From the NCBI GenBank assembly GCA_019661785.1, contig JAIFWP010000002.1:161869-225868 (forward strand): a DNA stretch of 64,000 nucleotides, read 5' to 3'. The first letter of the stretch is position 1, and each line of letters starts with the position of its first letter. Made by a program: the position numbers and the translations under genes. The DNA comes from Candidatus Parcubacteria bacterium. GTDB taxonomy: Bacteria; Patescibacteriota; Minisyncoccia; Phycocordibacterales; Zambryskibacteraceae. Below, piece by piece: positions 9,008 through 17,812 of this stretch. The notes under the pieces are model-generated. The model saw nothing but the letters and a program-made list of their open reading frames with translations. It did no database searches and was not told where the DNA came from.

Positions 9008-9388
9008 ATGTTTTTGAAATTCAGGCTTAGGCGGGGGAGAAAGACTATACGGCGGAGGCCGGCGGGGAAGTATTTGAAGTATAAGGAGGAGGCGAGGGCG
9101 CTGGTGCGGGCGAGGCTCGAGTACTTTAATGCCGAGTATGGCTTCAAGTGGAATCGTATTGCCATTAAGGACCACAAGTCGCGATGGGGTAGCTGCTCCA
9201 AGAAGGGGAATCTGAACTTTAACTACCGCATAGCCCTCATAGCGCCTCACCTTGCCGACTATATAGTAGTGCACGAGCTCTGCCACTTGGGAGAGCTTAA
9301 CCATTTAGTCGAGCGCTCTATGCCAGACTGGCGTAAGAGGCGAGACGAACTGATGAAGATAGGAGCCAACACTGCAAGTTTGATTTGA
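9008..9388 (+). CDS. YgjP/M48-like metallopeptidase (DUF45), apparently with a short internal deletion
   Basis: KSRWGSCS...LNFNY...DYIVVHELCHL. Confidence 0.8.
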   Translation: MFLKFRLRRGRKTIRRRPAGKYLKYKEEARALVRARLEYFNAEYGFKWNRIAIKDHKSRWGSCSKKGNLNFNYRIALIAPHLADYIVVHELCHLGELNHLVERSMPDWRKRRDELMKIGANTASLI

Positions 9389-9407
9389 CCCATACGTCAG
9401 TAGGAGG

Positions 9408-9569
9408 ATGAAAGAGAGCAAGAGACAAGTCAGGAACAAGGATGTGGTAAAGAATCAGCGCATGGTACACCTTTCAATACCCCCGAGGATGGAAGGTGAT
9501 ACAAAGAGCACAAGGACTAGGTCGAAGAAGAAGCCGGGTGAGATACACAAGCCACGGAAGGGGAAGTAG
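9408..9569 (+). CDS. Small basic hypothetical protein (53 aa, not in ORF track)
   Basis: MKESKRQVRNKDVVKNQRMVHLSIPPRMEGDTKSTRTRSKKKPGEIHKPRKGK; preceded by TGCAAG-N16-CGTCAG-N7-ATG. Confidence 0.55.
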   Translation: MKESKRQVRNKDVVKNQRMVHLSIPPRMEGDTKSTRTRSKKKPGEIHKPRKGK

Positions 9570-9583
9570 GCTAAAATGTATCG

Positions 9584-9838
9584 ATGAATATATGGCTCAA
9601 GCGTGAGTGGTATGTGGCCATGCATGGACAGCCGAGGAGCTTCCGCACTAAGAAGTGGATTGTGATACTCGTAGTCGCCGCAGTCCTCTATAGACTTCGT
9701 GGATGGGGTTTGGTCTTGTGGGTCTTTGCCCCGCTTGGACTCATTGGCATTTGTGCGCACTTCTACCTCAGGCATAAGACAGGTGGCTGGAGGAGGGAGT
9801 GGAAGTTTGTGAAAGCAATCCCTACCCCGTACGACTAA
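9584..9838 (+). CDS. Small membrane hypothetical protein
   Basis: Two hydrophobic segments; TAAAAT 6 nt before ATG. Confidence 0.6.
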   Translation: MNIWLKREWYVAMHGQPRSFRTKKWIVILVVAAVLYRLRGWGLVLWVFAPLGLIGICAHFYLRHKTGGWRREWKFVKAIPTPYD

Positions 9839-9855
9839 TAAGCTACAACACCCCC

Positions 9856-10302
9856 ATGTCAGAATATAAATCACAGTACAAAAACATCTTTGTGAATTTG
9901 CCCGTGAAGGATATTGGGAAGACCAGAGACTTCTGGACTAAGCTCGGCTTTAACTTCAACCCGCAGTTTAGCGATGAGAGGAACCTGTGCCTCGTCATCC
10001 ATGACAACATCTTTGCCATGCTCCTTAGCGAGGACTTCTTTAAAGGTTTTACTAAGGTAGAGATTGCCGATCCGAGGAAGGCGAACGAGGCCATAGTAGC
10101 TCTCTCGGCCGAGAGCAGGGAAGACGCAGATGGGCTCTTCAATAAAGCCGTAGCCGCGGGTGGAGTAGAGACGCGCCCAGCTGAGGACATGGGGTGGATG
10201 TACGGCAGAGCCTTCCAGGACCTCGACGGACATCAATGGGAGGTTGTGTGGATGGACATGGCCAAGGCGCCAGCGCATCCGGGCGAGGCTACCAATAATT
10301 AA
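9856..10302 (+). CDS. VOC/glyoxalase family protein
   Basis: IFVNLPVKD...FNPQFSDE...MYGRAFQDLDGHQWEV; start moved to ATG 9856. Confidence 0.9.
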   Translation: MSEYKSQYKNIFVNLPVKDIGKTRDFWTKLGFNFNPQFSDERNLCLVIHDNIFAMLLSEDFFKGFTKVEIADPRKANEAIVALSAESREDADGLFNKAVAAGGVETRPAEDMGWMYGRAFQDLDGHQWEVVWMDMAKAPAHPGEATNN

Positions 10303-10310
10303 ACAAATAT

Positions 10311-10709
10311 ATGAATAGAATAGTCCACTTCGAGATACAGGCCGATGAGACAGAGCGAGCGGCCAAGTTCTACCGAGACGTCTTCAGCTGGGAGATAGAG
10401 AAGTATCCTATGCCTGACATGGAGTACTGGGGCGTCATGACTGCGCCGAAGGACTCTAAAGAGCCAGGCATCAACGGCGGGCTCTTGAAGCGTCCATGCC
10501 CAGCGCCAGCGCTCGGCCAAGGATTGAACGCCATGGTCTGCACCATACAGGTCGACGACTTCGACGCATATGCTAAGAAGATACTCGCCGCCGGAGGCCA
10601 GGTGGCTATGCCCAAGTTCGCTCTCCCAGGCATGGCTTGGCAAGGCTACTTTATCGACACTGAGGGCAACACCTTTGGCCTGCATCAGGCAGATGCTGGC
10701 GCTAAGTAA
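10311..10709 (+). CDS. VOC family protein
   Basis: IVHFEIQAD...INGG...FIDTEGNTFGL. Confidence 0.9.
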   Translation: MNRIVHFEIQADETERAAKFYRDVFSWEIEKYPMPDMEYWGVMTAPKDSKEPGINGGLLKRPCPAPALGQGLNAMVCTIQVDDFDAYAKKILAAGGQVAMPKFALPGMAWQGYFIDTEGNTFGLHQADAGAK

Positions 10710-10738
10710 AAGCAGAATAATTCTAAACTAATAAACTT

Positions 10739-11170
10739 ATGGCAAAACCAAATCCAGTTGTGCACTTCGAGATGGGCTATAACGATAAGGAGAGAGCGAA
10801 GAAGTTCTACAATACTGTCTTCGGCTGGCAGATGCAGGAGATGGGGCCCGACATGGGCGGCTACGTCGTCGCTCAGACGGCAGTGACGGATGAGAAGGGG
10901 ATGGTACAGACCCCAGGCAATATTAATGGGGGCTTCTACCAGAAGACAGCAGACCCAGGCTCGCATGCGCCATCGGTAGTCATAGCAGTGGACGACATCA
11001 AGCAGGCCATGAAGGATGTAGAGGCAGCAGGAGGCAAGATTGCTGGCGCTATGGGCGCTGACGGCAAGCCATCCATGGAGCCGATGATGATACCTGGCGT
11101 TGGACTCTGGATATCGTTCATCGATACAGAGGGCAACAGGACGAGTTTGCTACAGCCAGTACAGAAGTAG
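10739..11170 (+). CDS. VOC family protein
   Basis: VVHFEM...INGG...FIDTEGNRTSL. Confidence 0.9.
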   Translation: MAKPNPVVHFEMGYNDKERAKKFYNTVFGWQMQEMGPDMGGYVVAQTAVTDEKGMVQTPGNINGGFYQKTADPGSHAPSVVIAVDDIKQAMKDVEAAGGKIAGAMGADGKPSMEPMMIPGVGLWISFIDTEGNRTSLLQPVQK

Positions 11171-11204
11171 ATACGCCACTCCTGTTGTGCTAAGGTGAGA
11201 GTAT

Positions 11205-11624
11205 ATGAACAAAATAATCATCGGCATCGTAGCGCTTGTCATTATTGGCGTAGGGGCTTGGTACTTCATTAGCCACAAGGGCAATGGGGAGCAGATTGGC
11301 GGAGCAGTGACATCTTCTGCACCAGAGACCAAGTACACCGACCCTAAGCAGGGAGAGGTGGCTGTGGTGGGTGCCTGGGACTGCCTCGTGCGAACGGACG
11401 GAAGCGAGACGACCAAGGATAACTGTCTCTTCAGCCTTAAGGGTGATGATGGCAAGGTCTACGCTCTCGACCTCTCGAAGGTGGAGGTGATAGGCAAGGG
11501 CTCAGACAAGGCCGCGAAGATACGAGCTGTCGGTACGCTTGGCAAGAGCTCGGAGAGCGACTTGTCAGGAATCTTCAATTACGACGCAGTCCTCGCAGTG
11601 CGCGTGATACAGAGCGCGGAGTAG
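11205..11624 (+). CDS. Hypothetical protein with N-terminal membrane anchor
   Basis: MNKIIIGIVALVIIGVGAWYF, Cys pair in the soluble part. Confidence 0.75.
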   Translation: MNKIIIGIVALVIIGVGAWYFISHKGNGEQIGGAVTSSAPETKYTDPKQGEVAVVGAWDCLVRTDGSETTKDNCLFSLKGDDGKVYALDLSKVEVIGKGSDKAAKIRAVGTLGKSSESDLSGIFNYDAVLAVRVIQSAE

Positions 11625-11646
11625 TCTTAAACAAATAGGTAATAAA

Positions 11647-11682
11647 AATGCCCCGTTCCGACTTAGGTCGGAACGGGGCATT
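11647..11682. terminator. 16-bp-stem hairpin between convergent genes
   Basis: AATGCCCCGTTCCGAC-TTAG-GTCGGAACGGGGCATT with T-run on the minus strand. Confidence 0.75.
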
Positions 11683-11695
11683 GCTTGTGCCCGTG

Positions 11696-11926
11696 TTAGA
11701 TGAGGAAGAAGTGGAGGCTGTCCACGCCCTCGTCGACGGGCGACCCGCGGAAGGTGTAGCTTCTCTTCTTGCCGTCGTATCCGAAGCACCATCCCTCGGC
11801 GAAGGTCTTCTTGCCCCAGGGGCCGCCGTCGCAGGAGCAGCAGTCGGCTTCAACTGGCTGGGTGAACGTGTAATGCTGGCCGATGACGAACGCGGTGTTC
11901 GTATCGGCTTCTGCTGTGCCGGTCAT
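11696..11926 (-). CDS. Orphan hypothetical protein (76 aa)
   Basis: Lies between a consensus promoter and a terminator. Confidence 0.55.
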   Translation of the reverse strand: MTGTAEADTNTAFVIGQHYTFTQPVEADCCSCDGGPWGKKTFAEGWCFGYDGKKRSYTFRGSPVDEGVDSLHFFLI

Positions 11927-11964
11927 GAGGGTCTCACTGCTGAGGTTGACTTGGTCTACTAAGT

Positions 11965-11992
11965 ATTATACACCTTTGCCTAGCTTTGTCAA
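11965..11992 (-). promoter_or_regulatory. Consensus sigma70 promoter TTGACA-N16-TATAAT
   Basis: Exact hexamers on the minus strand. Confidence 0.75.
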
Positions 11993-12038
11993 GTACTGAT
12001 AGGGTAGGCAGAATCATATAGAAAAACCATGTTTCGCC

Positions 12039-12701
12039 TCAGTGGGCTATGGCTAGACAAAGGATTTTGCACGCGTCCGCAGAGCGGAGCGCGCGCCTAG
12101 CCTCGGCGAAAGTAGCTCCGGTGGTAGTGACATCATCGAGAAGGATTATATTCTTGCCCCTCACAAATTCGGGGCCTGCGACCGTCATAGAATTCTCAAG
12201 ATTCCGGAGTCTCAACTTTTTATTGACGGTCTTGGTCTGGCTCTCGGTATGGCTGTGCTTGGACAAGATGTTTGGCGAGTATTCAAATAAGTTTTCCACA
12301 TCAAGTTTTTTGATTTCCTCACACAGCACTTCGGTCTGGTTCCAGCCTCGCTCGCTCCGACGTTTGTCCGACATGGGCATGGGTACTAAGAGAGGCTCTA
12401 TGAAGTTGTCGAAGAGCGCTCGCTCGGCTAGCTCGTGGCACAGCACGTCGTATACGATAGTTGCGAGGGTCGAGGCTATCTTCACATTCTTCCTGTATTT
12501 GAGCTCCCAGACTAGGTCTCGCACACGAGGGTCAGTGTAGGAGAAGATGGCAATAGTGTCGGGCCCCACGTCGCCAAGGCTATGCGGGGCCGAAAGCCTC
12601 GTGACGAGTTCTCCAGGGGATAGGGTTTCCAATTCGAGAACTCCCAAGGCCTTCGGGAACAAAAAGTCCACAAAACCCTCAAATGTAGCCTTTAGACTCA
12701 T
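12039..12701 (-). CDS. comF: ComF family phosphoribosyltransferase-like competence protein
   Basis: LKY...ERGWNQ...IILLDDVTTTGAT; start probably ATG 12701. Confidence 0.88.
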   Translation of the reverse strand: MSLKATFEGFVDFLFPKALGVLELETLSPGELVTRLSAPHSLGDVGPDTIAIFSYTDPRVRDLVWELKYRKNVKIASTLATIVYDVLCHELAERALFDNFIEPLLVPMPMSDKRRSERGWNQTEVLCEEIKKLDVENLFEYSPNILSKHSHTESQTKTVNKKLRLRNLENSMTVAGPEFVRGKNIILLDDVTTTGATFAEARRALRSADACKILCLAIAH

Positions 12702-12716
12702 GTATAATGACATTAT

Positions 12717-13829
12717 ATGTCACTCTTTGGCTCCACTTTCGGCAACCTTTTTGGCAAGAAGGAGGTTCCGAGCGTACTCGGTGTGGACATCGGCTCCTCG
12801 GCTATAAAGATAGTCCAACTAAGGAAGAAGAACGGTCAAGCCGTGCTCGAGACCTACGGCGAGCTCGCTCTTGGTCCGTATGGCGCGTCCGCCATCGGCC
12901 AGTCGGTGCAATTGCCGACGGAGAAGATTATTGAAGCTCTCTCAGACCTTATGAAGGAGAAGGAGGTCAACGTCACAACGCGCCTCGCCGGACTCTCCAT
13001 ACCCTTCAGCTCCTCGCTCATGTCGGTCATCGAGCTCCCGGCAGTCTCCGACAAGCAGCTCGCGACCATGGTCCCTCTCGAGGCCCGCAAGTATATACCC
13101 GTACCGATAAACGAAGTCATGCTCGACTGGTCAGTTATCCCTAAGACCGACAGCAGAGACGATGACGCAGTCGCTGAAGGGATGCAAAAGAAGGTTGAGG
13201 TCCTCGTCGTCGCCATCCACAACGACACCATATCCAAGTACCAGCAGATTGTGGAGAAGACGGGTCTCCAGGCAGGCTTCTTCGAGATAGAGATATTCTC
13301 CACTATGCGCTCCGTAGTCGAGGAGAGTCTGACGCCAACTATGATAATGGACTTTGGCGCGGCGTCGACCAAGCTATACATCATTGAGCGCGGGGTTATC
13401 AAGTCATCGCACACTGTTAACCGCGGCTCGCAAGACATCACTGCGGCCATAGCGGGCTCACTCGGCATACCAGTAGAGCGAGCAGAGATGATGAAGCGCG
13501 AGGTCGGCGCAAGCGGCTCGGACCAAACATTGCGTCAGATTATTACTCTCGTCCTCGACTACATCTTTGCCGAGGCTAATCGCTCTCTCTTAGGATTTGA
13601 GAAGAAGTACAATAGGACAGTGGGCAAAGTAATACTCGTCGGCGGAGGAGCCTCGCTCAAGGGTCTAGCAGAGCTCGCCAAGAACGCCTTCAAGACCGAG
13701 GCCGTGCAAGGCAACCCCTTCGGCAAGCTATCGACCCCGGCATTTATAGAGAAGGTCCTCCGCGAGACTGGTCCTGAGTTCGCCGTCTGCATCGGCGCCG
13801 CTTTAAGGAAGCTCCAAGACGAAGGATAA
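12717..13829 (+). CDS. pilM: Type IV pilus assembly protein PilM
   Basis: LGVDIGSSAIKIVQL, MDFGAAST, ILVGGGASLKGL (actin-like fold). Confidence 0.92.
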   Translation: MSLFGSTFGNLFGKKEVPSVLGVDIGSSAIKIVQLRKKNGQAVLETYGELALGPYGASAIGQSVQLPTEKIIEALSDLMKEKEVNVTTRLAGLSIPFSSSLMSVIELPAVSDKQLATMVPLEARKYIPVPINEVMLDWSVIPKTDSRDDDAVAEGMQKKVEVLVVAIHNDTISKYQQIVEKTGLQAGFFEIEIFSTMRSVVEESLTPTMIMDFGAASTKLYIIERGVIKSSHTVNRGSQDITAAIAGSLGIPVERAEMMKREVGASGSDQTLRQIITLVLDYIFAEANRSLLGFEKKYNRTVGKVILVGGGASLKGLAELAKNAFKTEAVQGNPFGKLSTPAFIEKVLRETGPEFAVCIGAALRKLQDEG

Positions 13830-13834
13830 CTATT

Positions 13835-14743
13835 ATGCACTGGTTCTTTATTGCCCTGGCGGCACCGGCTTTGTGGAGTGTCTCAAACCATATTGATAAG
13901 TTTGTCATAAGCAACTATTTCTCAGGCAAGGGAGTTGGATCTCTTGTGCTTTTTACAGCTCTTGGCGGAAGTTTGGTGGCTATCCTTATAGCGATATTTA
14001 GTAATGCGTCCTTCAACCTCGGAAGCGCACATATTTTAGTCATTGCTCTAAGCGGGGCGATTCTCGTTGCTGCATTTATTCCGTATCTCCATGCGCTTGA
14101 GATTGATGAAGCCTCCTATGTTACAGCGCTCTTCCAGATGATTCCTGTGTTCGGCTATGTTTTAGCGTTTCTATTTTTAGGGGAGAATCTCAGTGTCGCT
14201 CAGACAATTGGTTCAGCCTTAATCATTGGGGCATCAATCTTCATGTCGCTCGACTTGTCTGAGCACATACGCATCAGGATGAAGCCGCTTCTTCTCATGA
14301 TGCTCTCGTCCTTGATGATATCCCTTAACGCTTTGTTGTTTAAAGTTATTGCTCTGGATGAGAGTTTCTGGGGCACGGCATTCTGGGAGTATGTAGGTGC
14401 CGGAGTGTTCGGCCTGTTGCTCTTCGTGCTGTACCCGCTCTACAGGACTCAATTTCTCGCAACTCTCACGCGAAGTCGCTTTACGGTTTTAGGGTTGAAC
14501 ACATTTTCTGAATGTTTGAACATCGGCGCGAAGTTGTTGGCCAACTTTGCGAGTCTCCTTGCTCCTCTTGCCCTCGTGTGGGTCGTCAACGGTTTCCAGC
14601 CGCTTATCGTATTTCTGTACGGAGTTATTCTCACATTATTCATACCGAAATGGGGGACTGAAAATCTCAGCGCTAAAGTAATTTTGCAAAAATTGACCGG
14701 GATGGCGGTCATCTTTGTCGGAGTGGCCTTGCTCTTCGCCTAG
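13835..14743 (+). CDS. EamA/DMT family transporter
   Basis: About 10 TM helices, AFLFLGENLS motif. Confidence 0.8.
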   Translation: MHWFFIALAAPALWSVSNHIDKFVISNYFSGKGVGSLVLFTALGGSLVAILIAIFSNASFNLGSAHILVIALSGAILVAAFIPYLHALEIDEASYVTALFQMIPVFGYVLAFLFLGENLSVAQTIGSALIIGASIFMSLDLSEHIRIRMKPLLLMMLSSLMISLNALLFKVIALDESFWGTAFWEYVGAGVFGLLLFVLYPLYRTQFLATLTRSRFTVLGLNTFSECLNIGAKLLANFASLLAPLALVWVVNGFQPLIVFLYGVILTLFIPKWGTENLSAKVILQKLTGMAVIFVGVALLFA

Positions 14744-14858
14744 AGTGTAAATACTTTTGTGCCCGCAAGCTCCAAGACGAAGGTTGACAGGTGACTAACT
14801 AAGTGCTATTACATAAGCGGATTGTTTCATCTGGCAACTTCTCACTGGAGAGTGCGTA

Positions 14859-15389
14859 ATGCGTATCCGAAGCTTTTTGGGTTCAGCCGCGCTGGTTCTT
14901 CTCGCGGCAGCGGCCGAAGGGCAGGCATTGCCTGCGGGTGTCATACTTGGCGCTGCGCAGCGTAAGGCGCAGAAGATGGCTGAGGCCGCGCCTGTGCACA
15001 GGGATACCGTGGCTGTGAAGGGCGGTCTCATGCTCGTCTGCGATGTGCAGCAGGCTGTCATAGCCGTGACCGGGTATCAGTATGCGGACGGTTCCAAGAT
15101 TCTGGCGAGTGCGTCGGCGGGCATCACCTTCCTTCTCGTTGTGGACTCGGCCGGCAAGAGGCTCACTCTGCTCTCGCCCAAACCTATCCCCGTATGGAAG
15201 AATTCCGTGTACGCGGTGACTTATCATCCGCGAAGTGCAGTCGATCCGCTCGAGCTCATCGAGATATCGTCGCTCGTGTTTGATTTGAAAAGCCAAGGCA
15301 CCATCTTCGTCAATGGTATTTTGATGGGTGCCACGAGTATCGACGCAAAGGCCGATGCCATTATCCAGAAGGGAAGGTCTTGCCGTTAA
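14859..15389 (+). CDS. Orphan secreted hypothetical protein
   Basis: Signal peptide (LVLLAAAAEG), SD GGAG, upstream TTGACA, own terminator. Confidence 0.65.
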   Translation: MRIRSFLGSAALVLLAAAAEGQALPAGVILGAAQRKAQKMAEAAPVHRDTVAVKGGLMLVCDVQQAVIAVTGYQYADGSKILASASAGITFLLVVDSAGKRLTLLSPKPIPVWKNSVYAVTYHPRSAVDPLELIEISSLVFDLKSQGTIFVNGILMGATSIDAKADAIIQKGRSCR

Positions 15390-15399
15390 GTTCTCTGTA

Positions 15400-15429
15400 C
15401 CCGCCCCGATGAAAATCGGGGCGGTTCTT
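15400..15429 (+). terminator. Intrinsic terminator, copy 1 of an identical 30-mer
   Basis: CCCGCCCCGATGAAAATCGGGGCGGTTCTT. Confidence 0.8.
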
Positions 15430-15520
15430 CATAAATTTGATTTCTTTTATCCAAAAGCGCATAGTCAGAGCGCGGGCGAAAGATAGTACCCCGTGTGTAC
15501 CTTTAGTATAGGAGCTGACC

Positions 15521-16132
15521 ATGTCTACAGGCATGCTCGGCAGGGTGTCGCTCTCTGACCTTCAGGGACCGATGAATGATTTGATGGAAAAGTTGGCGGG
15601 GCCAAATGGTCATCGGTGGCTGAGGGAACTGAACAGATTCCTCAGGCGGCAGGGGACCTGGACCTCGCTCTTGCCTCTCGTTGTCGAGTCCGATGGCAAC
15701 TCGGGAGAGGACTACATCCGCTATCTTGCGCGTAACTGGGAGCTTAACAATCACGCCAAGCAGGCGATTCTCTCACCTGAGTTTGTCGTCACCAGAGACG
15801 TGAAGTATGAGATTCAGCTTCTGATGCGCTCTGACTTCGACGTCTTGCCCACTAGCAAGAGTGTCTATCAGGTAGCGGCGGGGCGTGGCTACAAGCCTGC
15901 GCCGCTTGAAGTTGGCCCCCTGCTCAGGAGCATGATGAGGCGGAACGATTTCAAGAAGCTCGGCATCCAATGCATCGTCGTCATGCAGCCCGAGGAGATA
16001 CTGACGGCTCGGTTCTATATCGGTATGGACGATACCCTGAGCGTGGTCGCGCCGGGAGCTGAAAAGAGATGGTCCAACGATACTGCCTGGGCGTTCGTCG
16101 CTCCGGAAGAAGATGTGTACGTGCATGCGTAA
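15521..16132 (+). CDS. Hypothetical protein
   Basis: 203-aa ORF, SD AGGAG, own terminator. Confidence 0.75.
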   Translation: MSTGMLGRVSLSDLQGPMNDLMEKLAGPNGHRWLRELNRFLRRQGTWTSLLPLVVESDGNSGEDYIRYLARNWELNNHAKQAILSPEFVVTRDVKYEIQLLMRSDFDVLPTSKSVYQVAAGRGYKPAPLEVGPLLRSMMRRNDFKKLGIQCIVVMQPEEILTARFYIGMDDTLSVVAPGAEKRWSNDTAWAFVAPEEDVYVHA

Positions 16133-16135
16133 GCC

Positions 16136-16165
16136 CCCGCCCCGATGAAAATCGGGGCGGTTCTT
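16136..16165 (+). terminator. Intrinsic terminator, copy 2 of the identical 30-mer
   Basis: CCCGCCCCGATGAAAATCGGGGCGGTTCTT. Confidence 0.8.
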
Positions 16166-16222
16166 TGTATCTGTGTATATATAGATAGAAGTATTGGGGA
16201 ATCTCTTCTATAATTAAGCTAG

Positions 16223-16951
16223 ATGCAACCCCAGTTTCAATCATCATTCATCCCTAAAGGTCCGGTAGCTACTACTGGCACGGCCACTCGTGTCTCGCAA
16301 GGCGCAGACAGGAGCCTCCTTGGCACTCTAGCTGTCCTTGTTTTCGTTATATCGGTAGTCCTCTCCGTTGGCGTCTTCGGCTATGAGAAGTATCTTGACT
16401 CGCGCATCAACGCCATGAACGGCGACCTCGCCGCCGCCCGCGCGACGCTTAAGCCAGAAGTCATCACGGACATCTCCCGCCTCGACCAGCGACTCGTAGC
16501 AACGCAGGTGCTCCTCAATAAGCACATCGTCCTCTCGCCACTCTTCGACTACCTTGAGAACGCCACCTTGAAGGGTGTGCGCTTCACCGAGTTCCAATAT
16601 CTCACTACAGAACAGGGCCTCACTCTCAACATGCGCGGAGAGGCTAAGGGATACGCGGCAGTCTCCTTGCAGGCACAGGTCTTCAACAAGAGCCCTTACA
16701 TGAAGCAGCCTATCTTCTCTGACCTCGACCTCGACGACAAGGGCAATGTGACCTTCTCCTTCAAGGTGAAGCTCGACCCAAGCATCGTCTCGTACAAGAA
16801 GCTCGTTAACGATGTGCCTGCTGTCACACAAGTGCTCGTACCTGTCTCTCAGCCAGTGACAACTGTTGCGACTACGACTACCGATAAGACAACACAGAAG
16901 CAGACAGCCGCTTCGACCACAGCTTCAACAACGAAGAAGACAAGCCAATAG
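16223..16951 (+). CDS. pilN: PilN-domain protein
   Basis: SSFIPK N-terminus, one TM, coiled coil, ferredoxin-like domain; position in pil locus. Confidence 0.7.
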   Translation: MQPQFQSSFIPKGPVATTGTATRVSQGADRSLLGTLAVLVFVISVVLSVGVFGYEKYLDSRINAMNGDLAAARATLKPEVITDISRLDQRLVATQVLLNKHIVLSPLFDYLENATLKGVRFTEFQYLTTEQGLTLNMRGEAKGYAAVSLQAQVFNKSPYMKQPIFSDLDLDDKGNVTFSFKVKLDPSIVSYKKLVNDVPAVTQVLVPVSQPVTTVATTTTDKTTQKQTAASTTASTTKKTSQ

Positions 16952-16958
16952 AAAACGT

Positions 16959-17498
16959 ATGAAAAACTCCACCTCACTCATCCTGCTCCTCATCTCAATC
17001 GGCCTCTTCTACACCTTCATCTCGCCGCATTACGATACAGTCGGCACCTTGCGCGCCCAGTCGGGTAAGTACGAAGACATCCTCGCGAGCGTCTCAGCCC
17101 TCACTGCCACTCGCGATGACCTCTCGGTGAAGCTCGCCAACATGCCTCCCACAGAGGTAGCCAAGCTCGAGAAGATACTTCCTGACAACGTAGACACAGT
17201 GAATCTCGCTATGACCTTTGACTCCATAGCCGCTCGCTATGGCATATCCATCAAGTCGGTACGTACCGTCGAGGTAAAGACTGATACAGGCACAGGCATC
17301 GTCCAGGCGAGCGCCAATCCGTATGAGAAGGTGACCGTATCCTTCTCCTTCGTATCTACGTATCCTAACTTCCGCAAGTTCATGGCTGACATCGAGCAGA
17401 GCCTGCGCATCATCGATGTGAAGTCGGTGACCTTCCAGGCTACGGACTCTGGCCTCTACGAGTATCAGGTCTCGGTCGACACCTATTGGCTAAAATAA
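16959..17498 (+). CDS. pilO: PilO-like protein
   Basis: TM + coiled coil, KILPD, YPNFRKFMADIEQSLRIIDV; start moved to ATG 16959. Confidence 0.75.
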   Translation: MKNSTSLILLLISIGLFYTFISPHYDTVGTLRAQSGKYEDILASVSALTATRDDLSVKLANMPPTEVAKLEKILPDNVDTVNLAMTFDSIAARYGISIKSVRTVEVKTDTGTGIVQASANPYEKVTVSFSFVSTYPNFRKFMADIEQSLRIIDVKSVTFQATDSGLYEYQVSVDTYWLK

Positions 17499-17502
17499 CG
17501 AC

Positions 17503-17793
17503 ATGCAGTATATCCAAAAGAACAAGTCGATACTCATAGCCATAGCTCTCTTTGCTCTCGTTATCTGGGCTTATGGAGCTTTCATCAAAGGCCCTTCCAC
17601 GAGCGTAGCGACGAACCAATCCGCACAGAAGGTGGGCGGAGACGTGCTCGACCTCTACTCCTCGCTCAAGGCAGTGTCTCTCGACCAGACGCTCTTCTCA
17701 ACAGCTTTGTACAGGCACTTGCAGGACTTCTCCTCTGATATACCGCTACAGCCAGTCGGCCGCACGAACCCCTTTGACGTCATAGGCAGATAG
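17503..17793 (+). CDS. Pilus-locus membrane protein (PilP-like position)
   Basis: N-terminal TM, C-terminal GRTNPF. Confidence 0.65.
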   Translation: MQYIQKNKSILIAIALFALVIWAYGAFIKGPSTSVATNQSAQKVGGDVLDLYSSLKAVSLDQTLFSTALYRHLQDFSSDIPLQPVGRTNPFDVIGR

Positions 17794-17812
17794 AGTTTTA
17801 AATCACGAATGA

